From Klebsormidium nitens (Eukaryota > Plantae > Klebsormidiophyceae), in contig DF237392.1 of assembly GCA_000708835.1 (NCBI GenBank), positions 12,876 through 76,875 on the forward strand: a stretch of DNA of 64,000 bases, written 5' to 3'. A program made the position numbers and the translations under genes. Shown here piece after piece: positions 48,801 through 60,467 of this stretch. Position 1 is the stretch's first letter; each line of letters starts with the position of its first letter. The notes under the pieces were generated by a model that worked only from the letters and a program-made list of their open reading frames with translations, was not told the DNA's origin and ran no database searches.

Positions 48801-51800
48801 GAGAAGCTGGAACTACAGTAACTTGTTCAATTCGTAGACGTAACGTTCCGCGGCTCATCTCCTCGGTGTTCCATCTGAAGAAAGAGAAAAGGATGGAAAC
48901 ATGACAAGATACATAATCATGGACGTCCATTTCCTCAATTCCTTGCACAAAGAGGTCGTCCGCGACCTTTCCAGGCTGCCAAAGGGTCAACCTGTTGAAA
49001 CAGGCTGATCCATGTCCACCCCTGTGCTTAGTGCTGCCATTCTGCTGGGTTTCCCTGGCTTTTTGTCATTGCCAAAAACCGGGACCCGGCCCGGCCAAAC
49101 GAGCGCACGAACCAGCTTACAAGATCTATAAATCCAATGATGCGAAAGGCGAGAGGCAGTGAGAATTTTGGAAAATACAAAAATTGTTCGCAAAAGAAAG
49201 AACAGGCGTGGCACAACTTTGTATGAGAAACGGCATAACTCTTTCCCAAGAATACCTCTCTCTGGATCCCAAGGCCCCAAAGAATTCGCTTGCCCTCATT
49301 CAGAATCCAACACTTTCTGCTTGCCTCCCCTTCCACTGCCTCCGGTGCTTCCCTCTCCACCGATCAGATTATCGTACCACAAACAACACTAGCCATCTGA
49401 AAGCACTCAACTGGATGTCACCTTGGCCTTCCAAATCTCGCGCTCGTCGTTTTACCAGACAGGGAAGATCTACCACAGACAACAGCCAGACAATTGCAAA
49501 GAAGCATTTGACACTCACTTTGGCCTTCCGGATCTCCTGCTCTAGTCCGCTCATCTCCGCCCCCATCTTGGCCGCCTTCTCCCGCTCCTCCTCAAGCGCC
49601 GCTTTCAGCGTCCCCTTGTCCTTGATCAGCTCCTCGAACTTGCTCCGCAACTTCACGTTCCGCGCATCCACCTCCGCCTTCTCCCGCGCCCGCAACTCTT
49701 TTTCCGTTTTCAGCTCCGACTCGACGCGCATCTTCGCTTGCTCCTCTTCCTTCAGCTTCTGCTCCGAATCGTACAGCTTCTCCTTCAGCTCGTCCAGCTG
49801 ACGCTCTGCTGACGTCACCCTCTCCCGGAGCGACTTGGCCTCGTCGGCGTTGCGGTGGAGTGACGTCATCTCGGCCTCGGCGACCGCGAGCTTGCCCTCG
49901 GCGTCCTCGCGGCGGCCCTTCTCGGCGGCCAGCTCGTCGGAGAGCCGTTTCACACTGCCCTCGAACTCCAACAGCCTGTCACAGAACGGGTTGTGTCAAA
50001 AATACGGGATTGGAGGCTTGTTCCGACAATCTCCCTTGGACCTCTTAGCGGCCATTCTTCAAAGGGCTCCGCCGACCGAACAGGCTGCACGGGATGTGTT
50101 ACTGCAGAATCGCACTTTCGAGATCAGGAATTAGCTCCTGGATGCACCCGCGGAATGATACAAACACCGGAGCAGAAGAAACTGCCATCATGTTGCGCAC
50201 GAAGGGGACGATGCTCTCGAGGCCCCTATCTTGGGTGCTTAATACGTGCTGCGCTTGGGCGCTTACTTCAGATCTTGCTGCTTGAACGTTTCCCTCAGCT
50301 TCTCCGCCTCCCCCCGCGCCTCCGCCACCTTAGCCTCCATCTCCGACAGCTCCATCGCCGCGCGGACGTTCCGCCGCTCTAGTTCGTCCCTCGCCTTCTC
50401 CCCCAACCCCTGCGCAGCCTCCCGCTGCCTCTTCTCCTCCGCAAAATTTCGTCTCGCCTCGTCTCGCTGCCTCACCGCTTCTTGCACGGTCGCTTTCATT
50501 CTCGCAAACGCGGTGTCGGACTCAAGCTTTGCTGTCTCTGCTTCGGCTTTCACTTTGAGAGCAGCTTCCTTTTCGGACTGGAGCGTAGCCTGGGCGGCTT
50601 CGGCGGCTTGACGAGCCTCTTTCTCTGCGGCGATCTGGCTGCCGGCACGCTTCAAAGCGTTTTCGAGGTCGTTCTGCAGGAGAAAAAACAAAAGAATCTT
50701 GAACAACAAATGAACCGGAGATATTCAAGGCCGTTCGTTTGCTCGGAACGTCCTTAGGGGGGCTTGCAAAACGTCGAGCGTCACTTGGTGTGGAAGAGAT
50801 GTTGAAGAGTAGTCTGCTGAATGATATCAAAGCATGTAAGATAGACAGTACCAATTCGGTGCAACTTGAGCAGGGATGATCAACTTGGGGTACCAGAGGG
50901 ACAGGTGTAATTTCTGCCGAAGCTGCCCTGTAGTGGAGCAATCCAGCTGCGGTCCACCATAGACCAAGTAGGTTAGAGTTCTTCCTTGCGATGATGAAAC
51001 AACTCAACTGTTTCGGACTGGTAGGAATGCTTGTAGTTCAATCTATGATAATTTTATTTAATCCGCAACCAGAATTTCTTACAGCCTGCGGCCTTGCAGC
51101 CAAACCTGGTACTTGGAGAAAGGAAGAACGAGTAGAGAATCACGAGAATTCAGCTGAAGTCAAGCGATTCACAACAAAGGCGCCGCCCTGGTTCCATTCA
51201 CACTTGACATTTGCAGCAGAAATGCTGAGCCCAGAAAGGCAGCCTCTGCGATCCGCATAACAACCATGATTGAGCTCCAGCGCCATCTCACAGATGCTGT
51301 ACACACCATCTATCTCCTCTTGTGAGGCGATATGAAAAGATCAGCAGGTTTCGAACATACTGCTTCGAAACAAGTCTCGAAATGGATCCTGAGAGGTTTA
51401 AGAAGAGATTGGCACTATTTATACAGCTTTTTTTGAAGGAGGGGGCCCTACCGACTAAATTGCGCTTATACAGGAGAACTTACTTGTCGACTTTGGCTAG
51501 ACCTCAGAACCTTTTCCACCGCATCTGCCCGTGCGCGCTCCTCTTCCAAAGCAGCCTCTGCCGCTTCCCTCTGCCTGCGCTCTATTGCAATCTCTGACGC
51601 AGATTCTCCATCTGGCATTCTCGCCTTGTCTCCATTCTCGTTTGTGTTAAGATTTTGCCGTGGCGTAACGGAAGGTTGAGAAACCGCAGATGTTGCAGAA
51701 TGTAGAGTAGGGGTAGATACAGGCTGCTTGGCAAGCTCTGTGGGAGATTCACTTGCAGAAGTGTTAGATCCTTCTCTCAGGGTATCTACCACACTGCTGC

Positions 51801-51879
51801 TCACAACTTCTGGTGCAGCGTCCAGATCTTCGTCCTCAAAGTCACTCAGCTCCAAATCCTCTTCCTGATTCTCCGCCAT
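45866..51879 (-). CDS. Long coiled-coil protein, At1g24560/At3g49055-like (paramyosin-like plant family), about 6 exons
   Basis: N-terminus MAENQEEDLELSDFEDED; heptad-rich E/K/A/R exons at about 51879-51485, 50673-50270, 49975-49520, 48585-48303 and 47102-46820. The terminal exon reads WKRAAEE...KEEIAQAAIAARAAAESSLKMADERAAELRQRAEEMAQQL...CMPW...LMEPLI*, matching the family C-terminal pattern (KEETA-AAMAARDAAEKSL-LAD-RA...CWPW...EPL) as I recall it. Confidence 0.75.
47910..48215 (-). repeat. Three decayed copies of the donor junction at 48303 of the coiled-coil gene
   Basis: The real GCGCGGGGCTCAG|GTGAGG is echoed at about 48190 (donor lost), about 48060 (CTTAG|GTGTGG) and about 47920 (GCTCAG|GTGAGG). 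Confidence 0.8.
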
Positions 51880-52627
51880 GATGTTCGACAGGACTTCCAA
51901 CTTCAGCAGAAAAGGGAAGAAGATATTCTGCTGATGTTGGCGCTAAACAGGAAAGCACAAACTGCACACTGGATGTGCGCCCAGCTTGCTGCCGCCTGCT
52001 GGCAAGGGGCGGGCCAGAGACTGTGCATGGAGCGACGAGTTCCGCAGATCCTGCAGGCTGCACTAGCTGAGCCAAGCTGGCCAGGGCTCAGACTCGACTT
52101 GCGGACGGTTGCGTGTCGTCCGATTGAAGAGTACAATCTGGTTCGGAGCACCGTCCGCGAAGTTCGAACACTCAAGTTCAGTCACATTTGCGCAGCCCCG
52201 GGCCCGGGCCGGGCCCGCCACCCGGAAAATCAAGCGCGCGCATGGCCCCGCTTGCCAGTGGGATTGCAGAGCGATGGACGGACTCTTTCCGGAAATTCCG
52301 TGCACTTGAGCACTCCGCGGTCAAGACGTCCGAGCGCCCTGACTTCTGTCCGTCCTTCGAGAAACTCCAATGCTCAGCCGGAGGACGTTGCTGAGAGAGG
52401 CCCGGCGGCGAATCAGAATCAAGACTGCATTTTGGGCGTGCCGCCGGGTAGAATACGGCTGAAGTTCGATCAAAGAGGTGTGCGGCCGGATCGACGCTCC
52501 CTAGCTGCCGGGACGGTAATGTGAAAAACTGCTATGGTACTGAGGGGGCCCGCGCCATGTTTTGTCCCGCCGGGCAAGAAAAGATGTATTGTCCATGGAC
52601 GATGCGTTCATCCAACCGGGTGCCGTG

Positions 52628-52784
52628 CGCTTGAGTTATATAGGTATTGTAACCGCTTGAGTTATGTGTGTTTTCACTTGTATAGGAGAACTCCAATATT
52701 CCACAGCGTTGCGACGTTAGATTTCTCTTATACAAGTGAAAACACAAAACAACTCAAGCGGTTACAATACCTATAACTCAAGCG
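52628..52784. repeat. Imperfect inverted repeat (foldback, about 60-bp arms, about 35-nt spacer), MITE-like or hairpin-RNA locus
   Basis: 52628-52689 CGCTTGAGTTATATAGGTATTGTAACCGCTTGAGTTATGTGTGTTTTCACTTGTATAGGAGA pairs with 52724-52784 TCTCTTATACAAGTGAAAACACAAAACAACTCAAGCGGTTACAATACCTATAACTCAAGCG. Confidence 0.85.
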
Positions 52785-53631
52785 GTTACAGTTGCGTAAA
52801 TTTGGTTGAAATGTTCAGTCGAATGCAGAGTGGATAAAAGGTCGATCCGAAAACGAATGGTCGCCAAATGCTATGCGACAGAAAACTGATTGCATCAGTG
52901 ACGAAGCAAACGAACTTATTCGGATTAGAGCAAAAAATGGGAAAGCCGTGCAGACTTGGAATTGCACGGCGACCTAGCGATATGGTGACCACCGGCGCAG
53001 ATTGGGCGCAGATTGATGAATGCGCGAAGCATAGTGGCGGTCAGTACTCAACATTTTTGCTTGCCAGCATCTGATTCTTCGTCGCAAATTAGTCATCATC
53101 CGTCAAAGAAGTAACGAAAGCATCATTCAAGTGTCAACGGCAACTTAAAAAGTCACTAGCTAAACAAGGAGCAATCCATCAAATTCATGGCCACACCATT
53201 TGCATGCAGAATACCGTCAACAATCGCATCACTGTGTACCGTACGAGACAAGGCAATATCATTTCTGACGCTTCAAAATAGTAAGTACAATCAGCAGGTA
53301 GAAACACGCTATGCTAACTAGCTAGGTTAATGCAGAGCGTTTGACAAGCTAGGTTGCAACGCTGGCTAGTCTACCGCGTGCACTGCGTGCATTTCCTACT
53401 CAAGAGTTTCTCGCTAGCTCTTGCGCAAAGCAGAGTGTCTACGCGCTGTATATTTCGCAGCTTCTACGCAATGGACTCAAATAACATCTGACCAACATTT
53501 GACCAACATTTCAAAGTTCTTCACTTGACTTGCTTCTGGTCTACATCACACACCTTCGCAGAAACCAACCTCACGCTCAGCATGTTATAAACTACTTCAG
53601 CTTCTACTTCTACTTCCGCTCCATGAGCGAC

Positions 53632-56600
53632 TCAAACTTTGTAATCGCCGCCGTAGTGAGGTGCTCCTGCCGGTGCTGTACCAGTTCCCAATCCCGCGTG
53701 CCCATCGTGAATGAGGCCCATGTACAGCAGAATTGCGTACAGAGTGCCAGTCACCACGAGGACGACGTCCAGGGCAAAGATAGCTTTCTGCAAACAATAA
53801 GAAAAGAAATAAGTGAGAATTACGACAACGTATGACGCGATTTCCGCTTTCTTCGTACATATGAGAATCGTGACCACCAGGACAGCGTCCAACGTAAAGA
53901 TTGTTTTTTGCAAACACCGAGAGAGTTACGCGTGAGACGGCGACGGAGTCAAGTTCCAATCTCTGCCATCTTTGGTATTTGCAAAATTGAGAAAGTCGCT
54001 TGTGAGACGGCGAAAAAACAACAATTGACTCATTGAGTTCAGCCATTTTCGCTTGTACCACGCGCGAAACCCAGGACTCGTGCAATGTTTCTGTACGAAT
54101 CGATGCCAAAGAAGAAAGTAGGAGCTGGCACCTTGAAGATGCCCTCTTCTTGCAGCACAGCGCCGACGAAAGGAAAAGAACGGAAGAGAAAACAAGACAT
54201 ATTGTTCTTCGGGGTAGCAACCTTGAACAGCAGCGATGAGCAGCCTCTGTGAATGAAGGATGTCGTTCCGGATGCTTTTTGATTTCAATATGCCACTCGG
54301 AAAACAATCTCGCCGAACCGCAAAACTTTGGGTCAGGCGCACATGACTCGTTCCTTCCTCAGTCTCTTACCAGACTCGAAGGATTCCGGACCAAAATCCT
54401 TGCTTTCCAGTGAAGTTTTCGGAACAAACTCAACGAAACTGGATCGTGGAAGTCAACGAAAAAGGAGCGGTACTAACCGGGACGCTGCCCTCGCCACCAA
54501 GCTGGGTCTGCTTCGCTCCAAAACTGCAACACAGGAATGAGATTGCGTTAACCAAACCTGCTCATGGCAAAGTCGCTTAGAACGTTTACAAAAGATGTTC
54601 TTTAACGAATAGGGCCCCAAGAACGGTAGGGAAAAACTTTGAACAAAGTGCGAGCCGAGCGGCAGCCTTGCTCAGCTCCCCCGCTGTGAATCTCCTGTTA
54701 CGAATACACGAAAACTTGGCAGGGGAGTCAGCCTGGCGCCCCTTTGTCCAAAATACAAAAAGCGGAGAGTGTCGAAAAAGGCCGAAGCAATCCAGAATAC
54801 GTAGAGACTATATGCTCAATGAAAGAACTTCGTAAGCTGAACCAAAACAGTTGGTTTACCGAAAATCAAAATGTGGGTAATCATTCGTCCAATGAAACGT
54901 CAGAGCGAGGCAACAAGGAGAGAGGCCAAGACATACTATAGGCTGGTCGAATCTGGAGACACTTGACGACTCCGAGATCCAAACTCAGAATCCGACTTGC
55001 ATCCCATCAGCTGAAGCCTGTTGATCATAGACATCAGTCGGTGCGGGTACTACTACGCTGGCTGCCAAGGTGGCATCTTTCAGTCCATTTTCTCAAGTCG
55101 ACCTTAAATGCTATTACTGCATCCCGCTTACAAATGTTCAGGGCTGATCAGATTTGACCAGCAGCCCTTGACATAGAAGTGGACTTTAGCTCCTGGTTAA
55201 AGCGGCTTGGAAGTCTCTGCTTACCCGATTGAAAGCGCGTACAGGATGATCGATGCCAGGGAGAGGCTGAAAGCTGCCGCCCGAATCGAATTGTTCCTCC
55301 TCGCACTGGTTATGAAGCCCAGGAAGACGCTGGTGGCACCAATCAGCACCGCACTAGCAGTGAAAATGAGGAGGTACTGCGTGGCAGCGTTTGGCCTGGC
55401 ATCTGCAGAAGACAAGGAACCGACTTTCTTTAGCCAATTGTTCAAAAGCGCGGCGCATGAAGAGAACTGGTTTGAAGAGTGGATATAGGGACCAGAAAGA
55501 AGGCAATTGAATCAATATGTGTGAGAAACACTTTCTTCATGGGCCCTTTATGAAGTGCTGTACGAACTGGACATGAGTTATTGGTACATGGTAGCCCATT
55601 AAACGGGGACAAGGAATGGCGGGAACAAGCCTCAGCGTTGAAACAAGCTGCACATCTCGGTATTCTAAATACTTTCTCTTGACTTGCAATAGCTACCTCG
55701 AAGTCTCTTGACTTGCAATAGCTACCTCGAGAGATAGAAAATCAGCTTCATAAACGTTGATTCTTTGCTCTGGTTCTATACTCTGGACTGCTTCATGTCT
55801 TGCGAACTATTTTTCTATCTTATCTGGCTTTGTTCGAAATACGAGACTAAATGTCAAGAACCTCCACTAAAAGGTCTCAAAACAAGCAACTTGCATACTC
55901 AGAACGAGATAAAGAATCCACAAGGGATAAAGCTGGTTGGCCTCATCATTTTTAGTCAGATTCATCTGAATTGTCAAACCACGTCAAAACAATTGATACC
56001 ATTATATGTAAAAAGCTGTCCCAGAAGCATGCATGCATAATACCTCCAAAAGAAGAGGTCATTAGCAGATAAGAACTCTACCCCTAAAATTTTATGGTAA
56101 TCTTTTACTGGTCACATGATTGTCCATACCCTCTAGAAGGATGGAAACTGGTTAGAAGAGAGCCAGGTCCGTCATTTGGACAACACAAACAGAACTTTTG
56201 TGAGTTCCTTTCCACCAAGAAGACCAAGTTTCAGAAGACAGGAATTCGTGTCTCAGCTGCTTCCCAGAAAGGCTGCTCCCCAAACACTATAAGGCAGTAG
56301 CTTTATGCAGATTCCCAGCTCACAGTGCGGGTACCCTTCTCCAAACAGAAAGGTGTCAGAGAAGACATCAAAACGGTCTTCCAAGTCGCCAAACAGGGAC
56401 CACCCAGACCTGATATACTTTGTTCGTACATTCTTTTCTCATGATCTTGCGCAAAGGCCCCCTAATCTCAGCATAAGCAACTTGTTACGAACGAGAAACA
56501 CCGCAGCACAATACTTTAAAGTACCTTGAGCGACTGCAGGCGAAAGACAAGCTCAAGCTCATGAACATGTTGAAAACTTCAACTGGACAAGCGCTTGCAG

Positions 56601-56815
56601 ATTCTTCAACCCACTCTCCTCCAAACACCTGAAAGCAGCAGCTCATCATCAAGAATGCTTGTTCAAACCTCACTTGGCTTGACAAGCCGAAGATTCGGGG
56701 TGTGGTCGAGAATGTTGTTCACAACGTACGACAGCATGCCCACATTCGTTGCAATAAGAAGTCCGTTCAGCAGCGCCACCGCGCAGATGATGCCCGTGTC
56801 GGAGCGGTTAGCCAT
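53632..56815 (-). CDS. AWPM-19-like membrane protein, 4 exons (about 56815-56672, 55408-55225, 54523-54478, 53787-53632)
   Basis: The spliced product is MANRSDTGIICAVALLNGLLIATNVGMLSYVVNNILD...PNAATQYLLIFTASAVLIGATSVFLG...AAAFSLSLASIILYALSIGFGAKQTQLGG...IFALDVVLVVTGTLYAILLYMGLIHDG...*. It has four hydrophobic segments and the N-AT-(F/Y)-L-F and (A/C)KQ---GG motifs of AWPM-19; intron phases are consistent. Confidence 0.8.
53860..53920 (-). repeat. Decayed copy of the AWPM-19 exon-4 acceptor region, 120 bp upstream, with AG changed to AA
   Basis: GTTTGCAA AAAACAATCTTTACGTTGGACGCTGTCCTGGTGGTCAC versus the real GTTTGCAG|AAAGCTATCTTTGCCCTGGACGTCGTCCTCGTGGTGAC. Confidence 0.8.
55675..55730. repeat. 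Near-perfect 29-bp tandem duplication in an intron
   Basis: TCTCTTGACTTGCAATAGCTACCTCGA(AG) occurs twice in succession. Confidence 0.85.
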
Positions 56816-57454
56816 TTTGAACGTTCTAGGCTTTCAGAGGCAGCTGCCGGCAGCTTGTTGATGGCGTGTGTGATCTCTTAACTTTGATAGGGCGAAGTTT
56901 GAGAGATGGAGAGGAAGTACCTATGGGAAGTTTTCAAAGTGAAGCCTGCTGCTGCCACTGCTGCTATAAATCTGGTGGTGTGCATGCGGTTGACAAGACC
57001 CGGCCTCCAAGTCCATGCTCTTTGCTACCAGATCCTACCTACGGTACCTAAATTCTCATAGCACTGCTACCAGTAGCCAGTGCATATTGTTGCCTTTTTC
57101 AACAGGCTCTTGTATATTTAGGTATTTAAGGTACCTATTGACCTGTCCCATGTCGACAGGCTGGCAGGCTGGCAGTTTACCTTTCGAAGGCACAGCAATC
57201 CAATCCACCTCTCGCAGTCTGCCAGCACACTTACTCGCTCACATTACTGCCAAGTGTCGTGCTTGTATGATTGATCCCACGTAATGCAATCCGCCGGACC
57301 AATAGGATATAGCCGAGTACCCAGAACTGTACTGGCATGCCCTTGACCGTCCGATGACTTCGGTCTGAGTCTAATCCACTGGATCAGAGAAGCTTCTGCA
57401 GCCGTCATCTCGACGAAGCCGCACATCGGACCGTCAACAATCAAAAAAATCATC

Positions 57455-57630
57455 GCCACGTGTTCAGCATATGTACATTGTACAATCCATCTGGACCAGG
57501 GCTTACCACTTTGTCGTCATCGCAGCCGTAGACTGGTCACTGAACCACGTGAAAAATGGGGACCGGGATGGCGTGACTTATGGGCAGGAGTGAGTGTCAA
57601 ATTGCCAGATGACACGTGAATATACGTGCC
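57455..57630 (-). promoter_or_regulatory. G-box/ABRE cluster upstream of the AWPM-19-like gene
   Basis: CACGTG at 57457, 57546 and 57613, plus TACGTG at 57623, about 650-800 bp upstream of the ATG at 56815. Confidence 0.45.
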
Positions 57631-57762
57631 ACGGTGCGATGGGCTGGGCGATGGCGGCCGCCGGCCGCCTTCCCGCCTCGCGGTATAGGACGGTGTCGAT
57701 ATTTCTCAACTTTCCTCCTTTGCTTACACGGCCCTCAAATCACCTAGCTATATTGTTGTTAA

Positions 57763-58747
57763 CACTAGGACCGATAACCGTGCCCAACTGGGCACGGCGT
57801 GCCCAAACGGGCACGGTTAACTTGATTTCGATTTAACGGTCGTAATTTTTACGATTCTTGGAAATATTCGAGGTTTCGGCACATAACTAGACTTAGTGGT
57901 TATAGTAGGTCTGAAAACCGGCCGGTGACCCTAAATTTGGGTTAGGGTTTATCGTTAGCAAACGAGGGGTTAGTAAACAGCCAATAATTGATAAAATTTG
58001 ATATATTCGGGCAACGACGGTCAAATCAAGCATCGTAACCACGTGCACAAACCCAAAACGGCCTACCAAACTCATTCCAACACATCAAATGTGAAAAAAC
58101 GGCTAAACATAATCGGTTTATGATTCTTCTCTATTATTTTGACCCTTATTTCACCCCTGTTCGAATGCGCGAGTGAACCCCGTAGCTATACTAAATCAAA
58201 AGATGTGATGTTGCAAACAAGCGTAATGTAGATGTCAAACACAAGGTTTTGTCCCATGAGAAGCTCCGGAGTTCGAACGAGGGCAAAGTCCATGTTTTTG
58301 GGAATGGAACGTGGCTATTTCAAAAAAAACTGCGAATAATGATGTTCCGTGGATCAAAGTACATGCATGGACTTGAGCGATTTTTGCATTTTTCTCAATA
58401 CTTGCCATAGGAAAGCTTTTTAGCATCTCTTTGAACACCTAAGAAAAGTCTACTTGAAATTGTGGAGTGAAGGTGCTCATACTACTATATAACCATAACC
58501 GGGCCCAAACGGGCACGGCTGGATTTTGGCCCAGTTTTTGCTGCAGACCCATTCTCCTTTCATACTTTGTATACAAGTCAAAACATAGATTTTTTGATAA
58601 CCCAAGGCGTTGCCTCTTAAAAGGTACCCACATAATCACATAGTAGAAAGGATTTCTTCAAAAACTTGTATTTTCCAATCAGATTGAGGCAAAATGCAAA
58701 TAATTTAACCGTGCCCAATTGGGCACGGTTAGCAATCGGTCCTAGTG
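57763..58747. mobile_element. Non-autonomous DNA transposon (about 985 bp), TTAA-flanked, with 13-bp TIRs and palindromic subterminal repeats; piggyBac-like architecture
   Basis: TTAA|CACTAGGACCGAT ... ATCGGTCCTAGTG|TTAA. Subterminal CCGTGCCCAA(C/T)TGGGCACGG-type palindromes lie at 57778, 57798, 58499 and 58707. No transposase ORF inside. Confidence 0.8.
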
Positions 58748-60467
58748 TTAATGCAATTCGCAATCGCACTGGTCTGGATACTTAGCACCCAGCGTTAGGC
58801 GTGATCTCTATGGCCCTGCTCCCTCCCTGCTCTAAACATGCTACAGAACATGAGCGACTGTCCGAGTCCACTTGCGACGCCATGTGGCCATGTCACAACA
58901 CCGCAATCCGGGTCGGAGTCATCGGCGGCGAAATTTATGCAACCATTCCTTCTCTCTCTTCTCTCAGTTCTCTCGGTCTATGAATCTTCTACGAATCTTG
59001 ACAAAGATAATGTTCGAGCGTGAGAAAATTCAGTTTATCAGTACATCCACTTGCCAAGTTGCTGGCGTACCAAGACAGGCTTGAAGGCTTTCAATGGACT
59101 CTCTTTGAGACCAAAACATGGTCTGACAGAAATGAATGATCCTCCGACCTCCATAATCTCTCCGACCATTCGTAGCTACTACGGGTTTCATTTGCTACAT
59201 ACTAAGAGACGTGCTCAGCGCGGCGGCCCGCCGAATCACTGGATCCGTTTATAAATATCAATCATGGGCCTCTTCCGGGCCCGTCATGGGCATCACAGAA
59301 AGTGTCGCCCTTAACCATGACTGGTTAAAGGGCATCGAACCAGAAGTAACCCAGGTTTTGCTTGGTGAAAATCTCATTTGACCAACTTGAAGTACAAGTC
59401 AAACTAATTTAATGATTTTTTCTTCCGGTGCATGAAGGCCGAGGGGCTCGTGGGCGCCTGAGTCTCCGAGTCGCGCCGCCGCCCGCCATGAACGCGGGTG
59501 ACTGCTGTTGCGATAGCCGTATTCGCTCTCTGATGGTCAGCGTCCGTTGGCAGCGCATGCGTTCGCAAGCGCAGAACGCGCGCGACACCACGCGCGTTTC
59601 ATTGCGCATGCGGCGCTGGTGCTACGCGCACGGTGCCTGGAGTCATAGCGGCGCGCTTCATTGTGGGGCGAGACGAGAAACGTGGCACTGTCATGGAGAT
59701 GGGTGCTCCCAAGATGGCGGAGAACTAAAGATATACCAAGTGTGCGAGTATTTTAAATGACAGGATGAGCACCAGCTCGGTGCTCCATGATTCTCCTGCG
59801 CTGAGAAGTCGACATTCGTCAGCACTTCGCGGGTACTGCAAGCCTGCAACTTCGTGCCTTCAATCAACAAGGTTCTGCGATTCGTTGATCGACTTAATAG
59901 GCTTCGTGCATTGTTTCTTTCAGCCGACCCTGTCTAACAAGCGTGTCCGGTTTTCAAAGTCATGTCATGGACATCGAACGCACCGGAGTTTGCAGCAGAT
60001 AACGACAAGCACAATCAACAGCATCGAGCTACTTCTATGATTCAGTATAAATACGTGGCCTAGTGCTGGTTAGTCAAACCCATCATCTTCTTAAAGGATT
60101 CTTCACACATGAACCGTGAGAATTTGCAGAGCGATAGAACGTCTGCTCAAAACCGAAGGTACTTTCAAGTAGGGCGCGACTAACTGTCTCTCATGGTGAG
60201 CGAGTTTTTGGCACAAGAAGGGCGCACTACCCACGTTGTTCAACGTTGCCAAATCTGCGCCACGTCCTTCGAATCCACTTTACAGCTCATCAAATTATCA
60301 TGAGACTTTCTTTTAGCCAGCTGATCCAAACGGCTTGAGGTAGGCGAAGTCTTATGGAAATGTGAACTAAAGTATAAGTAGTGCCGGGTGCCGATTTTAG
60401 GTGGATGACAGACGGACATGCAAACGAAATTTGAATCACATGGGAATGGCACGCCGTATCCGGAGAA

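Noticed and set aside
57763-58747. Classification as a CACTA/En-Spm element because the ends read CACTA...TAGTG
   Set aside because: The 3-bp flanks differ (TAA versus TTA) while 4-bp TTAA matches on both sides, so it is kept as piggyBac-like pending other copies.
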